Below, in pieces: positions 8,495 through 17,362 of a stretch of DNA of 36,883 bases. The stretch is taken from IMG/VR virus record IMGVR_UViG_3300025082_000028, positions 1 to 36,883 of that record. One strand, given 5' to 3'. Position 1 is the first letter of the stretch; every line of letters begins with the position of its first letter. Position numbers and translations under genes: made by a program. This DNA comes from a virus (Duplodnaviria > Caudoviricetes). The notes under the pieces are model-generated. The model saw only the letters and a list, made by a program, of their open reading frames with translations. It had not been told where the DNA came from and did not search any database.

Positions 8495-8938
8495 ATGTCA
8501 ACATATGCCCAAGAGTACAATTCACCGTACAGTGCGGAGAAGTTTCATGGTTACTCCGGTAAAACACGCCGGTACATGGAACTTGCGAAGCGAGTGGCTC
8601 ACCAGTCTGCTTATCCAGATTATCGCCATGGAGCAGTTTTGGTGAAAGGGTCTATTCGGAACGTCTCCTTTAATAAAAATAACTATTGTGCGTTTGGTTC
8701 TCGATTCCAACGAGAACACGAGGGCCGCACCACCCTTCATGCAGAGTTGGGAGCAATTCTAGGTATGGACCGTAGTATTACGGAAGGTGCAACGATTTAT
8801 GTAGCACGCGTGGGAAAGGAAGGAGAATACAAACTTTCCAAACCCTGCTCCATGTGCCACGAAGCGCTTAAGCATGTGGGCGTCAAGCGCGTAGTATACA
8901 CCATTAATAATAAAAAAGCAGGAAGTTACAAACTATGA
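8495..8938 (+). CDS. Zn-dependent cytidine/deoxycytidylate deaminase-family protein
   Basis: HGAVLV, HAE, KPCSMC, GVKRVVYT. Confidence 0.85.
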   Translation: MSTYAQEYNSPYSAEKFHGYSGKTRRYMELAKRVAHQSAYPDYRHGAVLVKGSIRNVSFNKNNYCAFGSRFQREHEGRTTLHAELGAILGMDRSITEGATIYVARVGKEGEYKLSKPCSMCHEALKHVGVKRVVYTINNKKAGSYKL

Positions 8939-9891
8939 AACGAGTACTCATTATTGATGCCCTCAATATGTTTTTGAGAGCCTACATTGTTGATCCCAGC
9001 CTCTCTAATAATGGAGAACCCATTGGAGGTTTCAAGGGTTCACTTAAGATTGTCCAAAAGCTTGTGCGTATGACAAAGCCCAACGAAATTGTAATTGTGT
9101 GGGATGGCCCTAACGGCTCTCAAAAGCGCCGCAGTTTGGATAAGAACTACAAGGCGGGAAGAAAGCCAATCCGGCTTAACCGCAGCGTAAAGGCGTTCTC
9201 CGAGAACGAAGAGATGCAGAATAGAATTTGGCAGCAACGTCGCTCTATGGAATATTTTAATGAAATGCCCATCATTCAGGTGATGTTACCAGAGGTAGAG
9301 GCTGACGACGTTATTTCATACCTTACCCAGATGCCCCACTATGACGGATGGCAGAAGGTGATTGTCTCCAATGACAAAGATTTTTATCAACTCTGTGATG
9401 ACGAAACCGTTGTATACCGCCCCACCAGCGATGTTGTATACAACACAAGACGCATCGTAGAAGAGTTGGGTGTACACCCGCGCAATATGGCGCTGGCCCG
9501 AGCGCTCGTGGGAGACGCCTCCGACAACTTGGCTGGGATTAAATCTGTGGGCTTTAAAACAATTCAGCGCCGGCTTGGTTTCCTGGGGGCTGACAAAGAC
9601 TATACCATTGATGATGTGGTTTCTTATTGTGAAAAAGTGGACAAACCTCTTAAATTTCATCATAATATTATGAATGGAGAAGAAATTATCGCCCATAACT
9701 ATAAAATGATGCAACTTTATTCTCCCATGCTTTCGCCACAATCAAAGGACTTTGTTCGGAACGCTGTGGAGAATTTTAAGTGTACTTTCAGTAAGATAGA
9801 GATTATGAAGAAAATGCGGGATGACGGCTTTGGAGAACTCAATTGGAAAGACCTTGAACTGCATCTAAATAAAATTAATTCTGAGTGCTAA
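8935..9891 (+). CDS. 5'-3' exonuclease / flap endonuclease (T4 RNase H or Pol I N-terminal-like)
   Basis: LIIDALN, VWDG, YKAGR, EADDVI, SNDKDFYQL, GDASDNLAGIKSVG (helix-hairpin-helix-like). Confidence 0.92.
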   Translation: MKRVLIIDALNMFLRAYIVDPSLSNNGEPIGGFKGSLKIVQKLVRMTKPNEIVIVWDGPNGSQKRRSLDKNYKAGRKPIRLNRSVKAFSENEEMQNRIWQQRRSMEYFNEMPIIQVMLPEVEADDVISYLTQMPHYDGWQKVIVSNDKDFYQLCDDETVVYRPTSDVVYNTRRIVEELGVHPRNMALARALVGDASDNLAGIKSVGFKTIQRRLGFLGADKDYTIDDVVSYCEKVDKPLKFHHNIMNGEEIIAHNYKMMQLYSPMLSPQSKDFVRNAVENFKCTFSKIEIMKKMRDDGFGELNWKDLELHLNKINSEC

Positions 9892-9896
9892 TTTGC

Positions 9897-9924
9897 TTGA
9901 CTTTACAGAACATTCTGTTATATT
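9897..9924 (+). promoter_or_regulatory. sigma70-type promoter upstream of the helicase
   Basis: TTGACT-16 nt-TATATT with TGn; the spacer contains the inverted repeat ACAGAA-CA-TTCTGT. Confidence 0.65.
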
Positions 9925-9949
9925 TAGTAATGCGAAGGCGGGGTGAAGT

Positions 9950-11323
9950 TTGAGCGAGAAAACTACTTTCAGTCGTTATGGAAAAGCCTTCCAAGAGGGG
10001 CTTGTTCAGATTATCTACGAGGACCGACCCTTTGCCGATCAAATTACCGAAGTGTTGGATATTACATTCTTAGAACTTGAATATTTGCGCATCTTTGTAA
10101 GCAAGATCGTAGGATACAGAGAACGCTATGGAACGCATCCGTCGCCAGAAGCGATTATCACCATTCTTCGAACCGATCTAGACGAGGAAGATTCCGTCGT
10201 CCAGAAGCAGGTGCGCGATTACTTCGCCAAAATTACCGCCAAAGAAGCTACAGATGTTCAGTATATTAAAGAGCAGTCGCTTGATTTTTGCCGCAAGCAA
10301 AATCTTAAGGAAGCTATGCTCAAGTCAGTGGGTCTTTTGCAATCATGCTCTTTTGATGAGATTTCTAAAACCATCAACGATTCTTTGCGGTTAGGCTCTG
10401 ATACTAATTTTGGATATGACTATATAGCTGATTTTGAGCAGCGATTTGTCCCTAAGCATCGCCTACCCATTACTACTGGCTGGCAAGAGATTGATGCCAT
10501 ATGTGGTGGTGGCCTGGGAAAGAGTGAGCTTGGTGTTGTCATTGCTCCCACGGGCGCAGGCAAATCATTTTGCTTGGTGCACCTCGGCGCCGAAGGATTG
10601 AAAGAAGGAAAAGTAGTTGTTCATTATACTTTAGAGCTGCAGGACACGATTATTGCAAATCGCTACGATAGTTGCTTAACAGGATACCCACTTTCTGATA
10701 TTATTAACTTTAAAGAAGAGGTGTATGACGAGATTAAGGATATTGAAGGAAAGCTGATTATTAAAGAGTATGCAACTAAATCAGCTACCACCAACACTAT
10801 TAAATCTCATTTAACCAGATTGCTTAAGCGAGGTATTAAGCCGGGCATGATCATTGTTGATTATGGTGATCTTTTAAGACCGGTTGCCATAAGAAAGGAA
10901 AAGAGAACCGAATTAGAATCTATTTACGAAGAGCTTCGTGCAATCTCCACCGAATTTGCATGTCCTGTCTGGACCGCATCGCAAACGAATCGTTCAGGAC
11001 TCAACGCAGAGGTGATTACAATGGAGCAGATTTCCGAAGCCTTCAATAAGTGTTTTGTGGCAGATTTCATTTTTTCGGTATCTCGCACCATAGAAGACAA
11101 GCAAAACAACCAAGGCAAAATATACATTGCCAAGAATAGAAACGGCCCAGATGGGATGATATATGATATTTTTATGGACCCCTCCAATGCCACTATTAAA
11201 ATAATGCCTCAACACGGGCACAATGGTCAGGGGACGATCCCACTCAATCCGGTGGCATTAAGCGCCAGCATGCAGAAAGGATTGTTACAAAACAAGTATG
11301 AAAAATTTAGAAAAAGGAAATAA
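9950..11323 (+). CDS. Replicative DNA helicase (DnaB/T4 gp41-like)
   Basis: Walker A APTGAGKS, YTLEL, IIVDYGDLL, WTASQTNR, AKNRNG. Confidence 0.92.
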   Translation: MSEKTTFSRYGKAFQEGLVQIIYEDRPFADQITEVLDITFLELEYLRIFVSKIVGYRERYGTHPSPEAIITILRTDLDEEDSVVQKQVRDYFAKITAKEATDVQYIKEQSLDFCRKQNLKEAMLKSVGLLQSCSFDEISKTINDSLRLGSDTNFGYDYIADFEQRFVPKHRLPITTGWQEIDAICGGGLGKSELGVVIAPTGAGKSFCLVHLGAEGLKEGKVVVHYTLELQDTIIANRYDSCLTGYPLSDIINFKEEVYDEIKDIEGKLIIKEYATKSATTNTIKSHLTRLLKRGIKPGMIIVDYGDLLRPVAIRKEKRTELESIYEELRAISTEFACPVWTASQTNRSGLNAEVITMEQISEAFNKCFVADFIFSVSRTIEDKQNNQGKIYIAKNRNGPDGMIYDIFMDPSNATIKIMPQHGHNGQGTIPLNPVALSASMQKGLLQNKYEKFRKRK

Positions 11324-11331
11324 AATATAAA

Positions 11332-13299
11332 ATGAGAACAATTGAAAACATACGCAGATTCCGACTATCAGACACCTTTATTGAGCCCTATAAAAATGCT
11401 GAAGTGCCATGGGGGCCTCTGGGATATATCACTTTTAAGCGTACTTACGCTAGACGTCTAAATGAGTTTGATCCTGACGCCTCCGGCAGCGAAGAATGGT
11501 GGCAGACATGCCGCCGCGTCGTCGAAGGGATGTTTAATATGCAAAAACAACATGTCTTTCAACTTGGCTTAGAGTGGAACGACAGCAAGGCCCAACAAAC
11601 AGCTAAAGAAGCGTATGATCGTTTGTTCACTTTAAAGTGGACGCCACCTGGCCGCGGCCTCTGGATGATGGGGACTAAGTTCGTGGAAGAAAGAACGGCT
11701 GCTGGTCTTTTTAATTGTGCTTTCCGCTCCACACGTGACTTGGCCACCAAGGGGGGTTACTTGTTCGCATGGATGATGGATGCTTTGATGGTAGGAGTAG
11801 GCGTCGGGTTTGATACCGAAGGTGCAGGCACGGTTACAGTGCAAGAGCCAGAATATACTAATGATACTCTTGTAATTGATGATTCTCGGGAGGGTTGGGT
11901 AAACTCAGTTCACTCCCTTCTCGATGGGTTTTTCTTCGGGAGTAAAGTTCCCAAATTTGATTTCTCAGCTATTAGGCCAATCGGTGCCCTTATCAAGGGG
12001 TTTGGAGGAACGTCTAGCGGCCCAGCACCATTGATAGAGTTGCATGAGCACCTCAAAGATCTTTACACCAATAAAATTGGTGAATCTATTACGTCTGTTG
12101 ACATTGTAGACACAGAAAATCTTATTGGACGCTGCGTGGTGGCAGGAAATGTGCGCCGCTCCGCCGCTCTCGCTATGGGGAAATATGATGACATGCGCTA
12201 TTTGGAAATGAAGAACGACCAAGAAAAGCTTTACCATCACCGGTGGGGATCTAACAACTCATTTAACGCACAGGTGGGTATGGACTATACATGGCACGCT
12301 TCGCAAAGCCAGAAGAATGGCGAGCCCGGATATATTTGGCTCAACAATGCGCGCACACGCGGCCGCTTTAAAGATGGCCCAAGATACGATGATGTTAATG
12401 TAGCCGGCTTTAATCCGTGCGTAGAACAACAATTAGAAGATGCAGAATTGTGCTGCTTAGTAGAGACTTATCCGGCCAAGCATGAGGATCTTGAAGATTA
12501 CTTGCGCACTTTAAAAATTGCATACTTGTACGGCAAAACCATTACCTTATCCAACACCCACTGGCCCGAGACAAACGCAAAGATGCTTAAGAACCGTCGC
12601 ATCGGATTGTCTCAATCAGGTGTGGTGCAGGCATTTAATAGGTTTGGGCGCCGAGAGGTATATGATATGTGCGATAAAGCATATGCCTACGTTAAAGAGT
12701 TAGACGAAGAATATTCAAACTGGCTCTGTATCCCGAAGTCTATTCGAATGACGTCCATCAAGCCTTCGGGAACAGTATCCTTACTAAATGGATCTACGCC
12801 CGGGATTCATTTTCCCGAAAATGATTATTACATCCGGCGTATTCGGTTCTCTCAAACTTCGCCATTACTGGATAAGTTGACAGATGCCGGTTATAAAATT
12901 GAAGACGACAAGTATTCACCCAACACCTCGGTAGTAGAATTTCCAGTGCACGAGCCTTATTATACGCAAGGAAAGAAAGATGTTTCTCTTTGGGAACAGC
13001 TTGAAATTGCGGCTCAGTATCAATATTATTGGGCTGATAATTCGGTATCGGTAACTGTAACATTTAAGCCAGAGGAGGCTTCTGAAATTAAAAGCGCTCT
13101 TGAACTTTATGAAACAAGACTCAAGGCTGTTTCTTTTCTAAGATACGAAGAGACAGGATATGAGCAGGCGCCTTATGAAGCTATCACAAAGCGCCGCTAC
13201 GAGAAAATGATGTCTAAGATTACGCCGCTGCAGCGTTTTCAAGACGAAGAAGGTGGAACAGGTACAAAATTCTGTACCAACGATACTTGCACAATATAG
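11332..13299 (+). CDS. nrdJ: Class II (adenosylcobalamin-dependent) ribonucleotide reductase, monomeric RTPR type
   Basis: PPGRGLW, FNCAF, GVGVGFD, GNVRRSA, NPCVEQ, ELCCLVE, TSIKPSGTVS, C-terminal shuttle cysteines FCTNDTC. Confidence 0.92.
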   Translation: MRTIENIRRFRLSDTFIEPYKNAEVPWGPLGYITFKRTYARRLNEFDPDASGSEEWWQTCRRVVEGMFNMQKQHVFQLGLEWNDSKAQQTAKEAYDRLFTLKWTPPGRGLWMMGTKFVEERTAAGLFNCAFRSTRDLATKGGYLFAWMMDALMVGVGVGFDTEGAGTVTVQEPEYTNDTLVIDDSREGWVNSVHSLLDGFFFGSKVPKFDFSAIRPIGALIKGFGGTSSGPAPLIELHEHLKDLYTNKIGESITSVDIVDTENLIGRCVVAGNVRRSAALAMGKYDDMRYLEMKNDQEKLYHHRWGSNNSFNAQVGMDYTWHASQSQKNGEPGYIWLNNARTRGRFKDGPRYDDVNVAGFNPCVEQQLEDAELCCLVETYPAKHEDLEDYLRTLKIAYLYGKTITLSNTHWPETNAKMLKNRRIGLSQSGVVQAFNRFGRREVYDMCDKAYAYVKELDEEYSNWLCIPKSIRMTSIKPSGTVSLLNGSTPGIHFPENDYYIRRIRFSQTSPLLDKLTDAGYKIEDDKYSPNTSVVEFPVHEPYYTQGKKDVSLWEQLEIAAQYQYYWADNSVSVTVTFKPEEASEIKSALELYETRLKAVSFLRYEETGYEQAPYEAITKRRYEKMMSKITPLQRFQDEEGGTGTKFCTNDTCTI

Positions 13300-13307
13300 G
13301 AGGAAAA

Positions 13308-13544
13308 GTGAACTTTAATCACTTAATGGAAGAGAAGTTTATAAAAAGACAATGTAAAGTAGGACACGAGGAGTGCTATTGGATTCCTGTGGGAAATATT
13401 AGATCGACACAAGGCAACAATGTCCACATGACTATGTTTTGTAAGCACTGCGGGAGACGAGAAGATATTTTTCTCACCAAGCAGGATTATGAAACGCAAG
13501 AACGATTGATTTTGAAGGAGATTCACGATGTTCATGCCAGTTAA
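13308..13544 (+). CDS. Small Cys/His-rich (Zn-ribbon-like) protein
   Basis: AGGAGG RBS before the in-frame GTG at 13308; C..H..C and CKHC motifs. Confidence 0.6.
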   Translation: MNFNHLMEEKFIKRQCKVGHEECYWIPVGNIRSTQGNNVHMTMFCKHCGRREDIFLTKQDYETQERLILKEIHDVHAS

Positions 13545-13800
13545 CCGGTATATTTTAATTGATGTACCCGCCACATCTGAGAAAAACACAGAATCTCTAA
13601 TCGTGCTGCCCGAGGATTATAAACCCGAAGAAGAAAGGTATATCACGGTAAATGCGGTGTCTGCCGCCGACGACGTACGTTTTGAGATAGAAGAGGCCAG
13701 TGGACTGGTCGTAGATAGAAGTATGATTGAGCAAATAAGCATTCGCGGAACTATTTATAATGTAATTTTAGACAATTATGTGATAGGAATCATTAATTAA
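13528..13800 (+). CDS. GroES-like co-chaperonin
   Basis: 90 aa; PVNRYILI...SLIVLP (mobile-loop equivalent)...VILDNYVIGII matches the GroES pattern PLxDRVxV..GGIVL..ESDILAIV. Confidence 0.65.
   Translation: MFMPVNRYILIDVPATSEKNTESLIVLPEDYKPEEERYITVNAVSAADDVRFEIEEASGLVVDRSMIEQISIRGTIYNVILDNYVIGIIN
13749..13763 (+). promoter_or_regulatory. Putative late-promoter motif AACTATTTATAATGT upstream of the endolysin
   Basis: The same 15-mer occurs at 34089-34103. Confidence 0.45.
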
Positions 13801-13817
13801 ATAGGAAAATACAATGC

Positions 13818-14750
13818 ATGGACAAGCACTTTTACAACGAGGCCTCCTCTAAAAAGTTAGGATGGGCGCCAAGTTGGTTCGGAGAGAAATATTTTGATGA
13901 TAAACTCGTCCGCGCAATTAAAAAATGGCAAAAAGCACGTGCCCTAACCGGCGATGGCCTCTGTGGGCCGATGACTTTCCGGCGACTCTGGACCGAAAGA
14001 CAAGCAGAGATTGACGATTATAAGCCCGCAGCCCGCCACTACTCCAATTACATTGTATATAATGGAGAATTCCACCCTATTGAGTGGGACAAGTTTGTAT
14101 TGTGGCCCGAGAAAGGCGGCCTGGAAACGAAGGCCGGCCAGTATTATGATTATTCGGGGCGTCCAAAACGAAAGCTGAGATATTTTGTAAATCACTGGGA
14201 TGTGTGTCTCTCTTCTAAGTCGTGCCAAAGTGTGTTAGACAAGCGCGGCGCATCGGTGCACTTTCTGATTGATAATGACGGCACTATTTATCAAACCCTA
14301 GATATACAGCATGCCGCATGGCACGCGGGCTCTGCGCGCACCAACAGACCCTCGGTGGGGGTGGAAATTAGCAATGCATATTATCCCAAGTATCAAGAAT
14401 GGTATGTAAAGAATGGATTTGGAGAGCGCCCCCTTACCGAAGGCGCTTGGGTGCATGGAAGCCAACTAGATCCCTTTCTCGGGTTTTATCCTCGACAACT
14501 TGAGGCCCTTAAAGCGCTATGGAAAGCCATACACGGAGCTACCGGAATTCCTTACGACACTCCCCTTAAGCAAAACGGAAACACTGAAACAAAATACGTT
14601 CAAGATGTAGCCTATGGTAGTTTTTCGGGTTTTGTGAGTCATTATCATGTAAGTAAATCTAAGATTGATTGTGCAGGATTAGATCTCAAAACTCTTTTAG
14701 ATGAAGTTAAATATGACATTGATATATTGGATCAGATAAAGAACGACTAA
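13818..14750 (+). CDS. Endolysin: peptidoglycan-binding domain plus N-acetylmuramoyl-L-alanine amidase (Amidase_2)
   Basis: AIKKWQ...LTGDGLCGPMT (PG-binding); VNHWD, SVHFLIDNDGTIYQ, AWHAG, SVGVEI, SHYHV..KIDC. Confidence 0.88.
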   Translation: MDKHFYNEASSKKLGWAPSWFGEKYFDDKLVRAIKKWQKARALTGDGLCGPMTFRRLWTERQAEIDDYKPAARHYSNYIVYNGEFHPIEWDKFVLWPEKGGLETKAGQYYDYSGRPKRKLRYFVNHWDVCLSSKSCQSVLDKRGASVHFLIDNDGTIYQTLDIQHAAWHAGSARTNRPSVGVEISNAYYPKYQEWYVKNGFGERPLTEGAWVHGSQLDPFLGFYPRQLEALKALWKAIHGATGIPYDTPLKQNGNTETKYVQDVAYGSFSGFVSHYHVSKSKIDCAGLDLKTLLDEVKYDIDILDQIKND

Positions 14751-14774
14751 AATGTAATAATCCCTAGTTATTAC

Positions 14775-15311
14775 ATGGGCTTTCTGTTGCTATGTTTCTT
14801 AGGATGTTTTGTAGCAGCCCCCCAAGACTATGCAATTTTAAGTGTCAATGCAACTACCGTTACTGACACATTTGCCGTTGGCAAGCCATATCAAAAAGCA
14901 AAATGGAAAACAACCCCAACCATAAGAGTCTGTGCAACCACAGGAGTTTCCACATATAGGGCAGCACAGGCGGCTCGATATTGGGAAAGCATCGGGTATG
15001 TGTTTAAAGATATCAGAAAAGATCCTTTTTCCACCTGCATGAACCCACGTGTAGGTGAGATAATAGTAACATTACCGGAAGTGGGATTTGCAGATAGTCA
15101 TATGGCGTCTACTAAAATATACACCGATAAAGAAACAGGCGTTATAGTGAAAGCAAAGATTCATATTTTACCTAAACATGCGAGAAAAGATCGAGTGCTG
15201 GAGCATGAGCTAGGACATGCGTTAGGGTGGATGCACTACAGACAGAAATTTCACATAATGCACCCCAACTGGCATCAAGGTGGCTATGATCACAGCGGAA
15301 TTAGGAAGTGA
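14775..15311 (+). CDS. Matrixin/metzincin-like zinc metalloprotease with an N-terminal hydrophobic segment
   Basis: HELGHALGWMH (HExxHxxGxxH) followed by a Met-turn HIMHP. Confidence 0.82.
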   Translation: MGFLLLCFLGCFVAAPQDYAILSVNATTVTDTFAVGKPYQKAKWKTTPTIRVCATTGVSTYRAAQAARYWESIGYVFKDIRKDPFSTCMNPRVGEIIVTLPEVGFADSHMASTKIYTDKETGVIVKAKIHILPKHARKDRVLEHELGHALGWMHYRQKFHIMHPNWHQGGYDHSGIRK

Positions 15312-16194
15312 AGTGTTTAAGTATGATAAAATAGTGATTGGCAGTTCAATGTCAGCAGTTTTATATGCCTTCGTTAAAAATTATCCTATTTTTTTTGCTG
15401 AGGAACATCGCCCTTTTCGGTTTGATTATTTCGATCCACACATAGACTTATCGTGCTTAAAAATTCCCGGAGCTGCAAAAAGTTTAACGACATTTGAAGG
15501 GGAAAAGAAAGTTGGTGTTCCTAAAGAAATTCTTTGGGAAAGATTGCTTTTTTTAATGGCCGTTACTGGTCAATCGCCTCTCTCTAACTTGTGCGGTACT
15601 GTGCGTTACGATGGTGATACGGTAGTATGTTCAAATGAATATTCCAAAATAATGGAATTTACATTTAAGGAGTGCTTTTATTTTACGGATAAAAATGCTA
15701 CGGGATTTGTGGAGCAAAAAAGCCTTGACGACGATACGTATATATGTTATGATTATATTGGATTCAATAAAGGTGGTAAGCACGAAATTGACTACATTAA
15801 AACTTCAGATGATTTTGTTAGGGAGATATGGTTTTATCCTTCCGACCGTATTGATGGAAATACTCCTGTTAAAGATGCTTGTGCTGTCTCAGTCGTAAAA
15901 GCAGAACAACTCCCTCATTTTGAATTCTCACAAACAATGTCGCGATTTAAAGTAATAGACGAAATGGAAAAGAGAGGAATGAAAGGAACATTTGCGCATG
16001 ACTACACCACAGCAGGAAACCCCAAGCATTACAAATTTAGAACAACTAGCATTAACCGCGAAACAAATAAGCAACCAAATGAACTCACACCAGAAGCCGA
16101 CAATATTAAAATTGCGAAAGATAGCGAAGAAAGTATGCTCAAAGATTTACCATCGGCTTGTATGGCCTACGATAGATTTTTGAGGTATTGGTGA
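15280..16194 (+). CDS. Protein with a degenerate FAD/NAD Rossmann-like N-terminus (real start may be GTG 15313)
   Basis: YDKIVIGSSMSAVLYA resembles YDxxVIGxGxxG with the glycines lost. Confidence 0.5.
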   Translation: MAMITAELGSEVFKYDKIVIGSSMSAVLYAFVKNYPIFFAEEHRPFRFDYFDPHIDLSCLKIPGAAKSLTTFEGEKKVGVPKEILWERLLFLMAVTGQSPLSNLCGTVRYDGDTVVCSNEYSKIMEFTFKECFYFTDKNATGFVEQKSLDDDTYICYDYIGFNKGGKHEIDYIKTSDDFVREIWFYPSDRIDGNTPVKDACAVSVVKAEQLPHFEFSQTMSRFKVIDEMEKRGMKGTFAHDYTTAGNPKHYKFRTTSINRETNKQPNELTPEADNIKIAKDSEESMLKDLPSACMAYDRFLRYW

Positions 16195-17072
16195 GTAAAA
16201 TACATTTGGCAGGCATCGTTCCGGTGGCTGGCCTCCAATCAGATTTTGACTTGAAAACGCCCCCTGTTTTATTGCCCGTAAACACAGGGTTTACAGCCAT
16301 CCAGAAATCCGTTTTTGAATGTGCGATGGCGGGGTGCAACACCATTTGGATTGTGGCCAATGATGATTTAGCCCCCCTTGTGCGCACAGTGGTAGGGGAA
16401 TGGGTATATGATCCTGTTTATTATCAGCGCCCTTCTAAATTTAGTTCGGAAGAACGAAAAGAAATACCTATTTATTATGTTCCAATCCACCCCAAGGATC
16501 GCGACCGACGCGATTCATATGGGTGGTCGGTATTATATGGGGCTTATTCCGCATGGAAGGTGGCCTTTAAAATTTCGCAATGGATCACACCAGACAAATA
16601 TTATGTTTCATTCCCTATGGCCGCCTATGATATCTATCGTATTCGCGACTATCGGAAAGAAATTAAACACAAAGAAAATAATTTTTTCTTAACGCATGAC
16701 GGTAAGTCCGTTAAAGACAACAAACCATTAGCATTCACATTTACAGGAGAAGATTTTAAACAATGCAGACGTTCAGTAAACCAACTAACAACAAGGGAGT
16801 ATTTACCCCCTTCACCCGGCCAGCAATACCCTTCCCAGAAGAGGCCGAAGAACCAGAGGTGGAGCGGCCGCCATTTCAAGTTTCAGACAATATTTCAGAA
16901 AGTGAGAGAAAAGAATGCGGCCACCGTCCCTCTTGATTGGTATTATAACATTTCTTGTTGGAGTGGATATAGGGATTTTCTTGCATCAGATTTTTCTATA
17001 GAAAAACCCCTTGAGGCCTTGACAAAAGCCCACCAACACGTTAAAATACCATATAGAGAGAGCGACCTATGA
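16191..17072 (+). CDS. Sugar-nucleotidyltransferase (NTP_transferase)-like protein with degenerate motif
   Basis: LAGIVPVAG...TPPVLLPV...ECAMAGCNTIWIV matches the N-terminal pattern of RmlA/GalU-type enzymes, but GxGTR and PK are absent; GTGA overlap with the upstream stop. Confidence 0.6.
   Translation: MSKIHLAGIVPVAGLQSDFDLKTPPVLLPVNTGFTAIQKSVFECAMAGCNTIWIVANDDLAPLVRTVVGEWVYDPVYYQRPSKFSSEERKEIPIYYVPIHPKDRDRRDSYGWSVLYGAYSAWKVAFKISQWITPDKYYVSFPMAAYDIYRIRDYRKEIKHKENNFFLTHDGKSVKDNKPLAFTFTGEDFKQCRRSVNQLTTREYLPPSPGQQYPSQKRPKNQRWSGRHFKFQTIFQKVREKNAATVPLDWYYNISCWSGYRDFLASDFSIEKPLEALTKAHQHVKIPYRESDL
17019..17047 (+). promoter_or_regulatory. sigma70-type promoter inside a CDS, upstream of the membrane-protein/dnaE pair
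   Basis: TTGACA-17 nt-TAAAAT. Confidence 0.65.
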
Positions 17073-17362
17073 AAGCGCTGCGTTGGGCATGGCATCGTAT
17101 AAAACACAAACTGTCTCACCTGAACCCATCACGTCTTTTAGATACGCTAAAAGAGCACGGCCTGGCGCTCGTGATGATTATTGTTGGATGGGAAATTATA
17201 GAAGATATATTATTCCCGATTCTTTTTATTTGGCTGGGAAACAATGTAAACCCATGGTTCATAACCGGCGCGCCAGTTAGCTGGCTTTTGTGTCTTCACC
17301 CCGTCGCCGTTCCTATTTTGTGGGCCGGCTGGATTAAAATTTCAAGGAGAAAAAGTGATTAA
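17069..17362 (+). CDS. Small membrane protein (2 predicted TM segments)
   Basis: Hydrophobic stretches; overlaps both neighbouring genes. Confidence 0.65.
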   Translation: MKALRWAWHRIKHKLSHLNPSRLLDTLKEHGLALVMIIVGWEIIEDILFPILFIWLGNNVNPWFITGAPVSWLLCLHPVAVPILWAGWIKISRRKSD

